Source: Candidatus Woesearchaeota archaeon (GTDB lineage Archaea; Nanobdellota; Nanobdellia; Woesearchaeales; UBA10216). Taken from it: 64,000 nucleotides of DNA. Position numbers and translations under genes: made by a program. Position 1 is the stretch's first letter, and every line of letters starts with the position of its first letter. Under the pieces are notes generated by a model. The model made no database searches. It worked only from the letters and a program-made list of their open reading frames with translations, and was not told the DNA's origin. Below are positions 35,882 through 43,977 of the stretch, one piece after another. The stretch spans positions 2,746 through 66,745 of the forward strand of contig JACPBY010000013.1 in assembly GCA_016180065.1 (NCBI GenBank), written 5' to 3'.

Positions 35882-36698
35882 TAAAATAACAATGAGGAAC
35901 GTTGCAACAGCAGCAGGATTGGCAGTCGCTTTAGCAGTTGGCGTATTGGCGCGTCCTAGCTTGGAAACGCTTGTGAACACAGTCAACCCCCCTTCCCAAA
36001 CTGCTTTTGAGCAGCTTTACCTTGTGAATCCCAGAGATGTTACTAAAGTCATAGTAGCGCCTCCTTTGCCTAAAGGTGTAAATTATTTTTTATCTACAAT
36101 AAGAGAAGACGCATTTATAACAAGTAATATCCACCCTAAATGGCTGGGTAGTGATTTTGCAAAATTATCTGATGATGCCTTAATAACCTCGCCTGCAGTT
36201 AGCCGCGGGGGTAGCGGTTTAGTAGAGCGAATGCGTCATCCATTTTCAAAAAGGGAGTACCGGTTATTCGGTGGCAGTATAGGCTATTTATGTTCTGAAG
36301 GAATTGCATATACCCCGGCTGGTTCGGTTAGTTACGGTTGTAATCTGAAGGGCTTTACAACTTTGGTCCTACCCTACAATTACGTTGACGATAACCAAAA
36401 AAATCCTTTCCCAGTCATATTCTCACCAATAATAACCCTTCCCCGGGGTGTCTCCTTACCAGAGCATACGTTGACGATACATACAGGAAATAGTAAATTT
36501 ACTATTTATGTGCCGGCAGTAAGTGCTGTTGATCGAGAATCAGTAGTTATTTTTGTCGTTGCAAAAGACGGCTCCACTTACTACTCAAAGCATGGCCTTC
36601 CTTTTAAGTTGGGGCAGGAACTGAGCGGCAATGGAGGTATGACATCCTTTAACCTTGACCCCTCAATGCTGGCAAGAGCAGCGCCAAACTGCAACTAA
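35865..36698 (+). CDS. secreted or membrane-anchored hypothetical protein (cassette 2 cargo)
   Basis: 277 aa. Its start overlaps the MNT stop (ATGA). It has the N-terminal hydrophobic segment AAGLAVALAVGVLA and no visible similarity to the cassette 1 cargo. Confidence 0.6.
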   Translation: MNFVSVKITMRNVATAAGLAVALAVGVLARPSLETLVNTVNPPSQTAFEQLYLVNPRDVTKVIVAPPLPKGVNYFLSTIREDAFITSNIHPKWLGSDFAKLSDDALITSPAVSRGGSGLVERMRHPFSKREYRLFGGSIGYLCSEGIAYTPAGSVSYGCNLKGFTTLVLPYNYVDDNQKNPFPVIFSPIITLPRGVSLPEHTLTIHTGNSKFTIYVPAVSAVDRESVVIFVVAKDGSTYYSKHGLPFKLGQELSGNGGMTSFNLDPSMLARAAPNCN

Positions 36699-36781
36699 AA
36701 TAGATAAGCGCTCTTGTTTTCATCTTCCGTAGAAGCCGGTTTTTATTGGAAATATAAACTACCCGGACCCGATAAACACGC

Positions 36782-37204
36782 CTATTCCTGCTCCTTCCCT
36801 TCCCTTATCTCAATCACGATAATCTTTCCCTGAATTTCAATGAACGTAACCACGCTTCCTTCACTTATCTGCTCAAACTGTTCCTTTGTGACTGCCGCAT
36901 TCAGCGTCTCGTAGCTCATAAGGTCCATTATCTGGATTTGCTCCGGCGGTATTTTAGCCACAACCTGCCCCTTCTTGTTGACTATTTCAATGTCCTCAAG
37001 GTTCTCATGGTGGCCAAGCGTAAGCGTTTCTGCCCTGCCTGAGAAGATGCCCTGTACGGTCAGCTTTGTCTTGGAGTGCATGTGGGTTCCGGTTGTGACC
37101 CTTTCCTTTTGTGTGACCTTGGCAGGCTCACCCCTGTTCATTATGCACGTTCCAACCTTTGCGTCTGCAACCTTAATCATAGGCTTTGCGGACAAAGCAG
37201 CCAT
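36782..37204 (-). CDS. translation initiation factor 5A (aIF5A), Thr at the expected hypusine position
   Basis: 140 aa. It aligns with archaeal aIF5A (GEPAKV...TTGTHMHSKTKLTVQGIFSG...IQIMDLMSYETL), but the canonical (S/T)GKHG(S/H)AK loop reads TGTHMHSK. Confidence 0.88.
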   Translation of the reverse strand: MAALSAKPMIKVADAKVGTCIMNRGEPAKVTQKERVTTGTHMHSKTKLTVQGIFSGRAETLTLGHHENLEDIEIVNKKGQVVAKIPPEQIQIMDLMSYETLNAAVTKEQFEQISEGSVVTFIEIQGKIIVIEIREGKEQE

Positions 37205-37243
37205 TTAAATAGTTTTGGCATGCTTTAAAAATAAAGTTAGAAC

Positions 37244-37624
37244 TTAGTTTAAGAATAACGTTCTCAGATACTGCTGCTGAAGCAGGGGTTCGGGTCCCAG
37301 TTTTTCCTTCGGGACATCTTTCAAATCCGCCCATAAACCTACAATTAGTTCACAGAGACTGTCGCCTGCCTCTTCCGGAGTTTTGCCTCTGCCGACCAAG
37401 GCGTTGCCCGTAGGCGCTCCGTTCTCATATTGTGTAGAAGGCAAATAATGCGTGGCAGAATACTCAACTACAACCCCTTGTTCTCTATGCCCGATAACTG
37501 CAATTTCCAGCGGTTTGCTTAACCGATAGTCAGGAATCTGTAGAATCACTCTGTGTGCAGCTAGGTCAGAAACATCGGCTCCAATATCGACATCGTATAA
37601 CTTGCCCAACGAGTCATCCACCAT
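37244..37624 (-). CDS. hypothetical protein
   Basis: About 126 aa from MVDDSLGKLY. There is a faint HicB/UPF0150-like stretch (GRGKTPEEAGDSLCELI). Low certainty. Confidence 0.4.
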   Translation of the reverse strand: MVDDSLGKLYDVDIGADVSDLAAHRVILQIPDYRLSKPLEIAVIGHREQGVVVEYSATHYLPSTQYENGAPTGNALVGRGKTPEEAGDSLCELIVGLWADLKDVPKEKLGPEPLLQQQYLRTLFLN

Positions 37625-38027
37625 GATATTAGGGAATTGCGCCACGTTTAAAAAGTTAACGCAAATCCTCACTTTCCAGCATAGTGCCTAAACTATGAAG
37701 GTTGTTGCTGTTAGCTGCCACATCCTCTGCCATTACTCCTTCCCTGCATCCTGCTGCGCTGAAATAACAGCGTTTAAACCCTCACTTCTGCGCTCCTTCC
37801 GCACGTCCACATGCTTGTTGGGTTTACTGCAGCTGGCGTTTTGCCTGAATTGCTTGCTGGCAGTTTTGATGCTGCTTGCTGCCAAAGTATGCTTAAAACA
37901 TTCAATAGAAATAATGACAGGATTATTTAATTTATTATTAAATATTAAGTATCTAAATCTATCATAATTTTATTAGATATTCTGATTAATTATTAAATTA
38001 TTTGTATGACAATCTAATGAGAAATCC

Positions 38028-38840
38028 TTACAGGCTGTCCAGCGGGCTCTTCACTTTCCTTAATTCTTCCGTCGACACTTTTGTGTAAATCTGCGTTGTC
38101 TGGAGGTTTGAATGCCCGAGCAGCTCCTGTATCTTCCTTATGCTTTCGCCGCTTTCAAGAAGGTGGGTTGCGAAGCTGTGCCTTAATGTGTGAGGGCTGA
38201 CTGTTTTGGCCAGCCCTGCCCTTCTTGCTGATGTTGCAACGATTTTCTGTATGTTCCTGGCAGATAAAGGCTTCCCTGACTTGTTCGTAAAAAGGTGTTC
38301 TGTGTTTTTGCCATTCATGTGCTGTTTCAGGTGTTCAATAATGCCTTCTGAGAGTATGAACAGCCTGTCCTTGCCGCCTTTGCCATCCCTTACCCAGCCT
38401 ATCTTCTGGTCAAGCTCCAGGTTCTTTGTGGTGAGGTTGCAGCATTCGCTCACTCTCAGGCCGGAGGAGTAAAGCATCATAAGGATGAGCCTGCTTTTTG
38501 CAGTTGGTGCAGAGTCTATGAGCCTTTTAACCTCCTCTCTTGCAAGCACAGTAGGCAGCTTCTTTTGTATCTTTGGCGTTTTCAGGGTTACAATGCTTTT
38601 CTTCAGGACCCCGTCATAGTAGAACTTGAGCGCTGCCCTTACCAGTGCAACAGTGGCTGAATTCTTCCTTTTGTCCCCTATCAGGTTCGCAAGGTATGCC
38701 TTGATGTCATCTTCTGTAACAGCATCAGGCGCTTTGTTTGCAAACGAGAGGAACTTGCCGTTGTAGAAAAGGTAGCTTTTAACCGTCCTTTCGCTGAAGC
38801 CACGAAGCTTAAGCTCTGTTTCAAGCTGTTCAAGAACCAT
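38028..38840 (-). CDS. xerA: tyrosine recombinase (XerA/XerC/XerD type)
   Basis: 270 aa. N-terminal SAM-like core-binding domain, catalytic ARNIQK...R, HTLRHSFATHLLESG and LLGHSNLQTTQIYTKV. Confidence 0.9.
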   Translation of the reverse strand: MVLEQLETELKLRGFSERTVKSYLFYNGKFLSFANKAPDAVTEDDIKAYLANLIGDKRKNSATVALVRAALKFYYDGVLKKSIVTLKTPKIQKKLPTVLAREEVKRLIDSAPTAKSRLILMMLYSSGLRVSECCNLTTKNLELDQKIGWVRDGKGGKDRLFILSEGIIEHLKQHMNGKNTEHLFTNKSGKPLSARNIQKIVATSARRAGLAKTVSPHTLRHSFATHLLESGESIRKIQELLGHSNLQTTQIYTKVSTEELRKVKSPLDSL

Positions 38841-38945
38841 TCGGACTTTATGCGAACAGTAATATTTAAAGCTTTGTGAAGGCTATATGGTGCCTGCGGA
38901 AATTAAAAGCAGGTTTAAATACTCTCCATTATTCTCTGGCATAAA

Positions 38946-39278
38946 ATGACAAAGCCAAGCCTCAAACAAACCTATCCTGATAGCAAACTGGAGCTTGTTC
39001 TGCAAGAAGGGTCTCATCCGTGGGCTCCAATTGCCGTGTCATTAGAAGGCAACGACATTACGAGCAGATTTAATGTGTACAGGAGGGAAAAAGGAGAGCC
39101 GCGCACCTATCTGGGAGAGTTTGGGCTAAGCGCAGAGCCGACTGATGGGAACATTGTAAGAAAATGGTACGACGATCGGATTGCTGGCGTTGTACTCGAG
39201 TGGAATGATGACAGAAGCAGAACAGATCAGTTTTACGAAGGCACAAGAGAGACAAACTTTGCTTATGCATTCCCCTGA
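38946..39278 (+). CDS. hypothetical protein
   Basis: 110-aa ORF with no recognised domain. Confidence 0.45.
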   Translation: MTKPSLKQTYPDSKLELVLQEGSHPWAPIAVSLEGNDITSRFNVYRREKGEPRTYLGEFGLSAEPTDGNIVRKWYDDRIAGVVLEWNDDRSRTDQFYEGTRETNFAYAFP

Positions 39279-39332
39279 TTCTCGAAACTAGCCAGATAAA
39301 GACCAGATAAAAAATAAAAGAAAGGGCTGTAT

Positions 39333-39554
39333 TTACTTCTTGCCGAACATGCCGTAGAGCATGTAGAGGGCAGACAATCCGACCAGGACATAAACCACTT
39401 TCTCAATGGCTCCGCCGGCTATACTGCCTAAAACAAGCTTAACAACATTCAGGTCTGATCCGGCAAAACCTCCAACGCCAACAAGTCCCCAATTTAGCCC
39501 TCCAACGAGGACCAACCACTTGGAAACTGTATCAAGCTGTCCCATTCCTGCCAT
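39333..39554 (-). CDS. DUF378 small membrane protein
   Basis: LVLVGGLNWGLVGVGGF...DLNVVKLV...VYVLVGLSALY matches the DUF378 pattern. Confidence 0.75.
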   Translation of the reverse strand: MAGMGQLDTVSKWLVLVGGLNWGLVGVGGFAGSDLNVVKLVLGSIAGGAIEKVVYVLVGLSALYMLYGMFGKK

Positions 39555-39653
39555 TCACAAACACCTCCTTATAATGGTTTTAACCATTCTGGGAAGAGGG
39601 GGTATATAAGATTATCTGTGATGCACTAGCGAATGGCCATGGCAAAACTTTAA

Positions 39654-40166
39654 ATGCAAAGCCCAGTTCCCCTTCCATCCATGCCTGATACGTATAAGCC
39701 AATACTGGAAACACTGGATAAAATGGTGAGAAACGCAGGGCTTGAGCTTAGCCTTGACTTTAGCTGCACTGACCTATCAGAAGTCCTGCTTCAGGACACC
39801 AATAACAAAGGCAGAATAGAAGCTGCGGTCATCCAATACCTTGTAAGCGGCCCAGGAGGTGAACTCGCTATCATCAGGCGTGTGGAGCTGCCAAACGATG
39901 GAGAGCTGAAACGCAAATTGGAAAACGCCCCAAAAGCCAGCATATATGCTGGAGACATTGCCATGCATTATGCCCCTGCCGAACAATTAAGGATTAGCTT
40001 TTGGCAGGTTACAGGCAGCAGCATTGGGATGGAGATAGCTCCTGATGGAAGCATCACCACAGATTCGCCAGAACTCCTGACAGCTCCAAACGGGGGCATG
40101 AGCTACCGGGCGGCGTTCAGAGTGCTTCTGGGCCTCGTGAAGAGGATACCTGCAGAAGCTAACTAG
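39654..40166 (+). CDS. hypothetical protein
   Basis: 170-aa ORF with no recognised domain. Confidence 0.45.
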   Translation: MQSPVPLPSMPDTYKPILETLDKMVRNAGLELSLDFSCTDLSEVLLQDTNNKGRIEAAVIQYLVSGPGGELAIIRRVELPNDGELKRKLENAPKASIYAGDIAMHYAPAEQLRISFWQVTGSSIGMEIAPDGSITTDSPELLTAPNGGMSYRAAFRVLLGLVKRIPAEAN

Positions 40167-40246
40167 AACAAAACAGGTTCTGATAATGTATATTAGCTGT
40201 AGTTCGTTAGAAAATTATAAATACGAACCTGATAAAAGTTACAAAA

Positions 40247-40699
40247 ATGAGGTTTATTAGATGTGCAAACTGTGGAAAAGAGGATGAACACCACGCAAAA
40301 GGCCTGTGCTTTAACTGCTACAGGAAACTGGTTTGGCAACCAAAGAAAAAGGAATGCCCTTCTTGCAAACAGGTTAAGGTTATTCACGCAAAAGGCTACT
40401 GCGAGTACTGCTATAACAAAATCTTCTATACCGAATACTCCCGCTTGGCATCTAGGAAGCAGTATTCCGGCATAACAAAGGAAGTCTTTGACAAGCTGCC
40501 AAAAAAGTGCCTTATCTGTGGCTTTGATAAGATATTTGATGTTCACCACCTGGTTGCCAAGTCAAAAGGCGGCAGCCATACGCTTGATAATCTCATAGTG
40601 CTTTGTCCTAATCACCACAAGATGCTGCATCATGCGGACTACAGGCAGGAAATGCTGGCTCTAATAAGTGAAAGAATGGACAAAAGCACTCATAACTAA
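40247..40699 (+). CDS. HNH endonuclease with two N-terminal CxxC...CxxC zinc knuckles
   Basis: CANCGK...HAKGLCFNCY, CPSCKQ...HAKGYCEYCY, then DVHHLVAKSKGGSHTLDNLIVLCPNHHKMLHH. Confidence 0.85.
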   Translation: MRFIRCANCGKEDEHHAKGLCFNCYRKLVWQPKKKECPSCKQVKVIHAKGYCEYCYNKIFYTEYSRLASRKQYSGITKEVFDKLPKKCLICGFDKIFDVHHLVAKSKGGSHTLDNLIVLCPNHHKMLHHADYRQEMLALISERMDKSTHN

Positions 40700-41153
40700 G
40701 GGAAATTAGACGTATGTTTGTGCCGAATTAGCCGAAAAGTGGTATTTGCGAATTGCCTTTACTCCAAAGGTATGCAAGAATCGCCAAAACTACAAGGAAA
40801 ACGGCTATTGTTGCAAAACCAGCTGCGACCTTACTCATTTGTATTCCCTTTCAGAAAAGAGAATTCTGCCTGACAACCTTATAGTTTGATGTCTTCTTTT
40901 TAGTCTTCTGCCGCTTTGCCTTTAGCACGGTTTTCTGCCAAAACTTCTCTCTTTTGCTGTTTTTTGGAGATTCGGCGACCAAAGAGGTCAGTTTTCACTA
41001 CATTGCCGAAAATGTCTCGCATCGACTAGATCATTGGAGTCAAACTTCTTAAACCTTTCGCAAACCCGCCTGTTTTTGCCTCTTTTACGCTGCTGGGCCG
41101 GGCTGGAGCAGCTTGTTTTGGCGGTTTTGAGGCTTTTGGCATTGAAATGAGGT

Positions 41154-41268
41154 TTAGTGAGGTTTTTTGTAGATGTTGCCCCTGTGGTCTGCTAGCTGAA
41201 CCAGCAGAACCTTGTTTTTGAAGTCAACATCTACCAGCAGCCGGATGCCAATCAGCGGAGTAAGTCAT
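41154..41268 (-). pseudogene. RelE/ParE-like toxin relic (internal deletion or frameshift)
   Basis: ATG 41268 gives MTYSADWHPAAGRC*. A second frame carries a typical RelE C-terminus, (L)IGIRLLVDVDFKNKVLLVQLADHRGNIYKKPH*. The ATG overlaps the upstream ORF stop (ATGA). Confidence 0.45.
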
Positions 41269-41459
41269 CTTAAAAATTCTTTTTCCATCTCTTTTTGGCT
41301 GACGTATTCAGACCTGGGCGTTTTTCTGGCCTGTTCCAACTCCTTCTTAGCAGATTCACTAAGCTCAAAGTCCTCCTCGACAAGCCGTGTCAATTTCCTC
41401 AGCTGAAGCTTAATCTCTTCAACATCAGCATAAACCCTTTCCAACGTTGCTGTTGCCAT
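41265..41459 (-). CDS. putative antitoxin (helical, 64 aa)
   Basis: MATATLERVYADVEEIKLQLRKLTRLVEEDFELSESAKKELEQARKT.... It is coupled to the RelE relic. The longer 114-aa reading overlaps the upstream gene. Confidence 0.45.
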   Translation of the reverse strand: MATATLERVYADVEEIKLQLRKLTRLVEEDFELSESAKKELEQARKTPRSEYVSQKEMEKEFLR

Positions 41460-41478
41460 AACAATAATCAAGAATAAG

Positions 41479-41805
41479 CTAATATAAAAACGTATCGCCG
41501 CTGCAAAAACCTCTGTTTTCGGCTCTTTTCGGGCTCTGGATGTGAACCTTAAAAATTGTGTTAGCCGCCTTAATCTTGTGCTGCTTTGGATAGCTGTAGA
41601 TGACATCAATTTCGTCGGTAATGCCTGAATACGGTAGCTTTCCTTTGAAACGCTTTTGCTCGCTTAAAAAGTGCTTCCTGCAGAGGTAGCTCCAGCCTTT
41701 GTTCTTATATTTCCCTTCCAGAAGAGAGCGGTAGACTTCCTTGTACGCTTTATTTTTGCATGTTCCGTGATAATCGCAACTTGCTCGCATACTTAGTCGA
41801 CTCAA
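41479..41805 (-). CDS. hypothetical Cys/His-containing protein
   Basis: 108 aa. CDYHGTCKNKAY...GWSYLCRKHF may bind metal. 4-nt overlap with the upstream gene. Confidence 0.45.
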   Translation of the reverse strand: MSRLSMRASCDYHGTCKNKAYKEVYRSLLEGKYKNKGWSYLCRKHFLSEQKRFKGKLPYSGITDEIDVIYSYPKQHKIKAANTIFKVHIQSPKRAENRGFCSGDTFLY

Positions 41806-42134
41806 ATCGTTATAACTATCCTGTTCCTGCCTTCGGGATGCACCATTACTGTCTGGCCTTTCTGGAGGTTGACGAACTCTGCAACCTTCTTGCTGATGCG
41901 GATATCCAGGGAGTCGCCGGACTTGCCAACAGTTGTAGATGCTGCAAGGCCGTATAAGCCCTTTTCCTTGGCTGCTTCGTCAATTCTGGCAGAGGTTTCC
42001 TCGGTGAACACTTCCTCGCCGCACTTGGAGCACACTTCAGCTGGAAACTTTCCCAGGCTGACGCCAAACATGCCAAAGTCCACATTCCTCTCAACCAGCT
42101 TCCCGCCGCACTCGTCACACTTGTCCCTTATCAT
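41802..42134 (-). CDS. zinc-ribbon (YgiT/MqsA-like) plus AbrB-like antitoxin
   Basis: CDECGGKLVERNV...VCSKCGEEVFT is followed by a SpoVT/AbrB-like C-terminus (LDIRISKKVAEFVNLQKGQTVMVHPEG). It is coupled to the DUF4258 gene. Confidence 0.62.
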   Translation of the reverse strand: MIRDKCDECGGKLVERNVDFGMFGVSLGKFPAEVCSKCGEEVFTEETSARIDEAAKEKGLYGLAASTTVGKSGDSLDIRISKKVAEFVNLQKGQTVMVHPEGRNRIVITI

Positions 42135-42331
42135 TTCACCATCACCGTCTTAACCTTGTAAACTCCCTGCTTGATTATCCGGTAGGCTACTGCAAAGTAA
42201 GTGTACGTCGCTAAATAGCCTTCTGTTTGCCTAACGGCAGCGCCTTTGCTTATTGCTTCTTTAATCATGCCAACTGAAATTCCCTTCTCAGCCATGCGCT
42301 CCTTGGCGTGTCTAGTCAGCAAAATAATCAT
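42131..42331 (-). CDS. DUF4258-family toxin-like protein
   Basis: 66 aa. LTRHAKERMAEKGISVGMIKEAISKG fits the DUF4258 N-terminal pattern. Confidence 0.68.
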   Translation of the reverse strand: MIILLTRHAKERMAEKGISVGMIKEAISKGAAVRQTEGYLATYTYFAVAYRIIKQGVYKVKTVMVK

Positions 42332-42388
42332 GATAATCCTAATAATAGGAATAGGATATATTTATACTTTTCGTCAACTGCCTGTTAA

Positions 42389-42460
42389 TGGGAATAAGGA
42401 GAATCTGACTCCCGGCCTTCCGCATATCAGACGGACGCTCTGCTACTGAGCTATATTCCC
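42389..42460 (-). tRNA. tRNA-Ile (anticodon GAU), non-canonical D- and T-loops
   Basis: Reverse complement: acceptor GGGAAUA/UAUUCCC, D-arm GCUC-AGUAGCA-GAGC, anticodon arm UCCGU-CUGAUAU-GCGGA, T-arm GGGAG-UCAGAUU-CUCCU. Confidence 0.78.
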
Positions 42461-42464
42461 GAAG

Positions 42465-42537
42465 TCTGGGCTGCCGGGGTTGCACCGGCCTCAACAGCGG
42501 GTTACAGCCGCCTGGCGCACTCCGCGCCTTAGCCCAG
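42465..42537 (-). tRNA. tRNA-Tyr (anticodon GUA)
   Basis: Reverse complement: acceptor CUGGGCU/AGCCCAG with the C1-G72 pair typical of archaeal tRNA-Tyr, D-arm GGCG-CGGAGUG-CGCC, anticodon arm GGCGG-CUGUAAC-CCGCU, T-arm GCCGG-UGCAACC-CCGGC. Its 3' end lies 4 nt upstream (in transcript orientation) of the tRNA-Ile 5' end. Confidence 0.8.
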
Positions 42538-42722
42538 GAACATGATAAGCTGCAGAAAACACACAACAAAAAGAAGTGTCATAGAGATTACTAAAAGCAG
42601 CCTATGAGGGAGAACCTAGCTATAACTAATCAGAAACATTACGCCTACCGGCATTCGCTTGTCCTCTTCACGATGCCGTGCATTCATATTTGCAGTAAAA
42701 ACCAGCTGCTATATAAATTTTT

Positions 42723-43256
42723 TCAGCGCCTGTGGGCCAAATGGTTCAAGCTTCTGGCTGTAGCGTAGAAAACAGGCTCGCGACCACCATGAATAAGCAT
42801 CATAAACGGCCACTTTTGGTAAGCGGTTGCCACAAACCTGTCAAGGCCTTCCCCAAGGCCAACCGGCACGTTGATGGCAGATGGCGAGCAAATTGCAGCA
42901 AGCAAAGGAAAATTCCTGACATTTATTTGATTTTGCAGCCTCTTCACTTCTTTCGGCGTCGGAGTGTATGTGCTCATGCAAACCACTCTTTGATACGTGG
43001 AAGCGGGATTGGAATGTGACACAGCAACGAGCGCTTCGATATTCATTCCCTCATCTTGGAGAGAGATGGCAGAAACCCGGACAGTGGGATGCGCGTTTGC
43101 AATGCCGCCAATCCGGGAAGGCTCTAAATTTGCAGTGTACAGCAGATGCCCTTCAGGGTCAACCATCATGTTGCCTGTAAGGCTAACACGCCTTTTAAGG
43201 GCAGGCCATCTGCTTTCAGGTACCCAGAGACAAGCAACATTTTGAGCATTAGGCAT
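42723..43256 (-). CDS. hypothetical protein
   Basis: 177-aa ORF with no recognised domain. Confidence 0.45.
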   Translation of the reverse strand: MPNAQNVACLWVPESRWPALKRRVSLTGNMMVDPEGHLLYTANLEPSRIGGIANAHPTVRVSAISLQDEGMNIEALVAVSHSNPASTYQRVVCMSTYTPTPKEVKRLQNQINVRNFPLLAAICSPSAINVPVGLGEGLDRFVATAYQKWPFMMLIHGGREPVFYATARSLNHLAHRR

Positions 43257-43288
43257 AAGCTTGGCTAATCAGGAACCCTTTTTAAGTG

Positions 43289-43909
43289 TTATGCTAAGCT
43301 TTTCTTCCCGTGCCGTCTGATATGCCTGTAAGCGTAGTAGGCAACTGCAACGACGATAAGAACGATAACCAGAACATCAAGCTGGCTGCTGTACTTGTGG
43401 ACAGCCTCCCACCTCTCGCGAAGCTGCATGCCAACCCACAAGAGAAAGCTGTTCCAGGCGGTTGCGCCTACTGCGGTGAAGAGGACAAACTTCTTCAGGT
43501 CCATCTTCGCAAGGCCTGCTGGAATAGAGATAAGATGGCGGATGACTGGGATAAAGCGGCTGATTAGTATGGTAATGCTGCCGCGCTTTTCAAACCAGCG
43601 CTGCGTCCAGTCAAGCTCATCCTTATCCAGGAAGACAAACCTGCCGAACTTGTGGATAAGCTCCTTCTCGCCGAAATAAGCGATTGCGTATGAAATCAAT
43701 GACCCCGTAATTGATGCAAGGCTGCTGGCGATTATAACAAGCCAAAGATTGAGCTTGCCATCTGCGACGAGGAAGCCTGCAAAAGGCATCACAAGCTCAC
43801 TAGGAACTGGAGCGACCATGCTCTCCAGCGTCATAAGAACAAAGACGCCGAGATAGCCGGTTGAAGCAATAACTGAAGTGAATAACCCGCTGAGGCGCTC
43901 GAAAAGCAT
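43289..43909 (-). CDS. dedA: DedA-family membrane protein
   Basis: GYLGVFVLMTLESMVAPVPSELVMPFAGFL and FIPVIRHLISIPAG motifs. Confidence 0.85.
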   Translation of the reverse strand: MLFERLSGLFTSVIASTGYLGVFVLMTLESMVAPVPSELVMPFAGFLVADGKLNLWLVIIASSLASITGSLISYAIAYFGEKELIHKFGRFVFLDKDELDWTQRWFEKRGSITILISRFIPVIRHLISIPAGLAKMDLKKFVLFTAVGATAWNSFLLWVGMQLRERWEAVHKYSSQLDVLVIVLIVVAVAYYAYRHIRRHGKKSLA

Positions 43910-43977
43910 GCAAAAAATACCTTGCTGTTGCTATAAAAAAGTTTAGTTTTATAAAGCGCAGCCCATTCCTTGCACTT

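Noticed and set aside
33511-38840. An integron-like reading of the cassette locus, with the XerA-type recombinase acting as its integrase.
   Set aside because: No attC-like imperfect palindromes are present at the cassette ends. The conserved blocks are coding or promoter sequence suited to homologous exchange. The recombinase is 1.2 kb away with unrelated genes between. Homologous recombination is the simpler mechanism.
37900-42537. An integrated element bounded by the tyrosine recombinase (38028-38840) and the tRNA-Ile/tRNA-Tyr pair.
   Set aside because: I found no direct repeat of a tRNA 3' segment near the recombinase or in the AT-rich stretch 37900-38027 (best match 9/12). The recombinase looks like a housekeeping XerA, so an att-bounded element is not supported.
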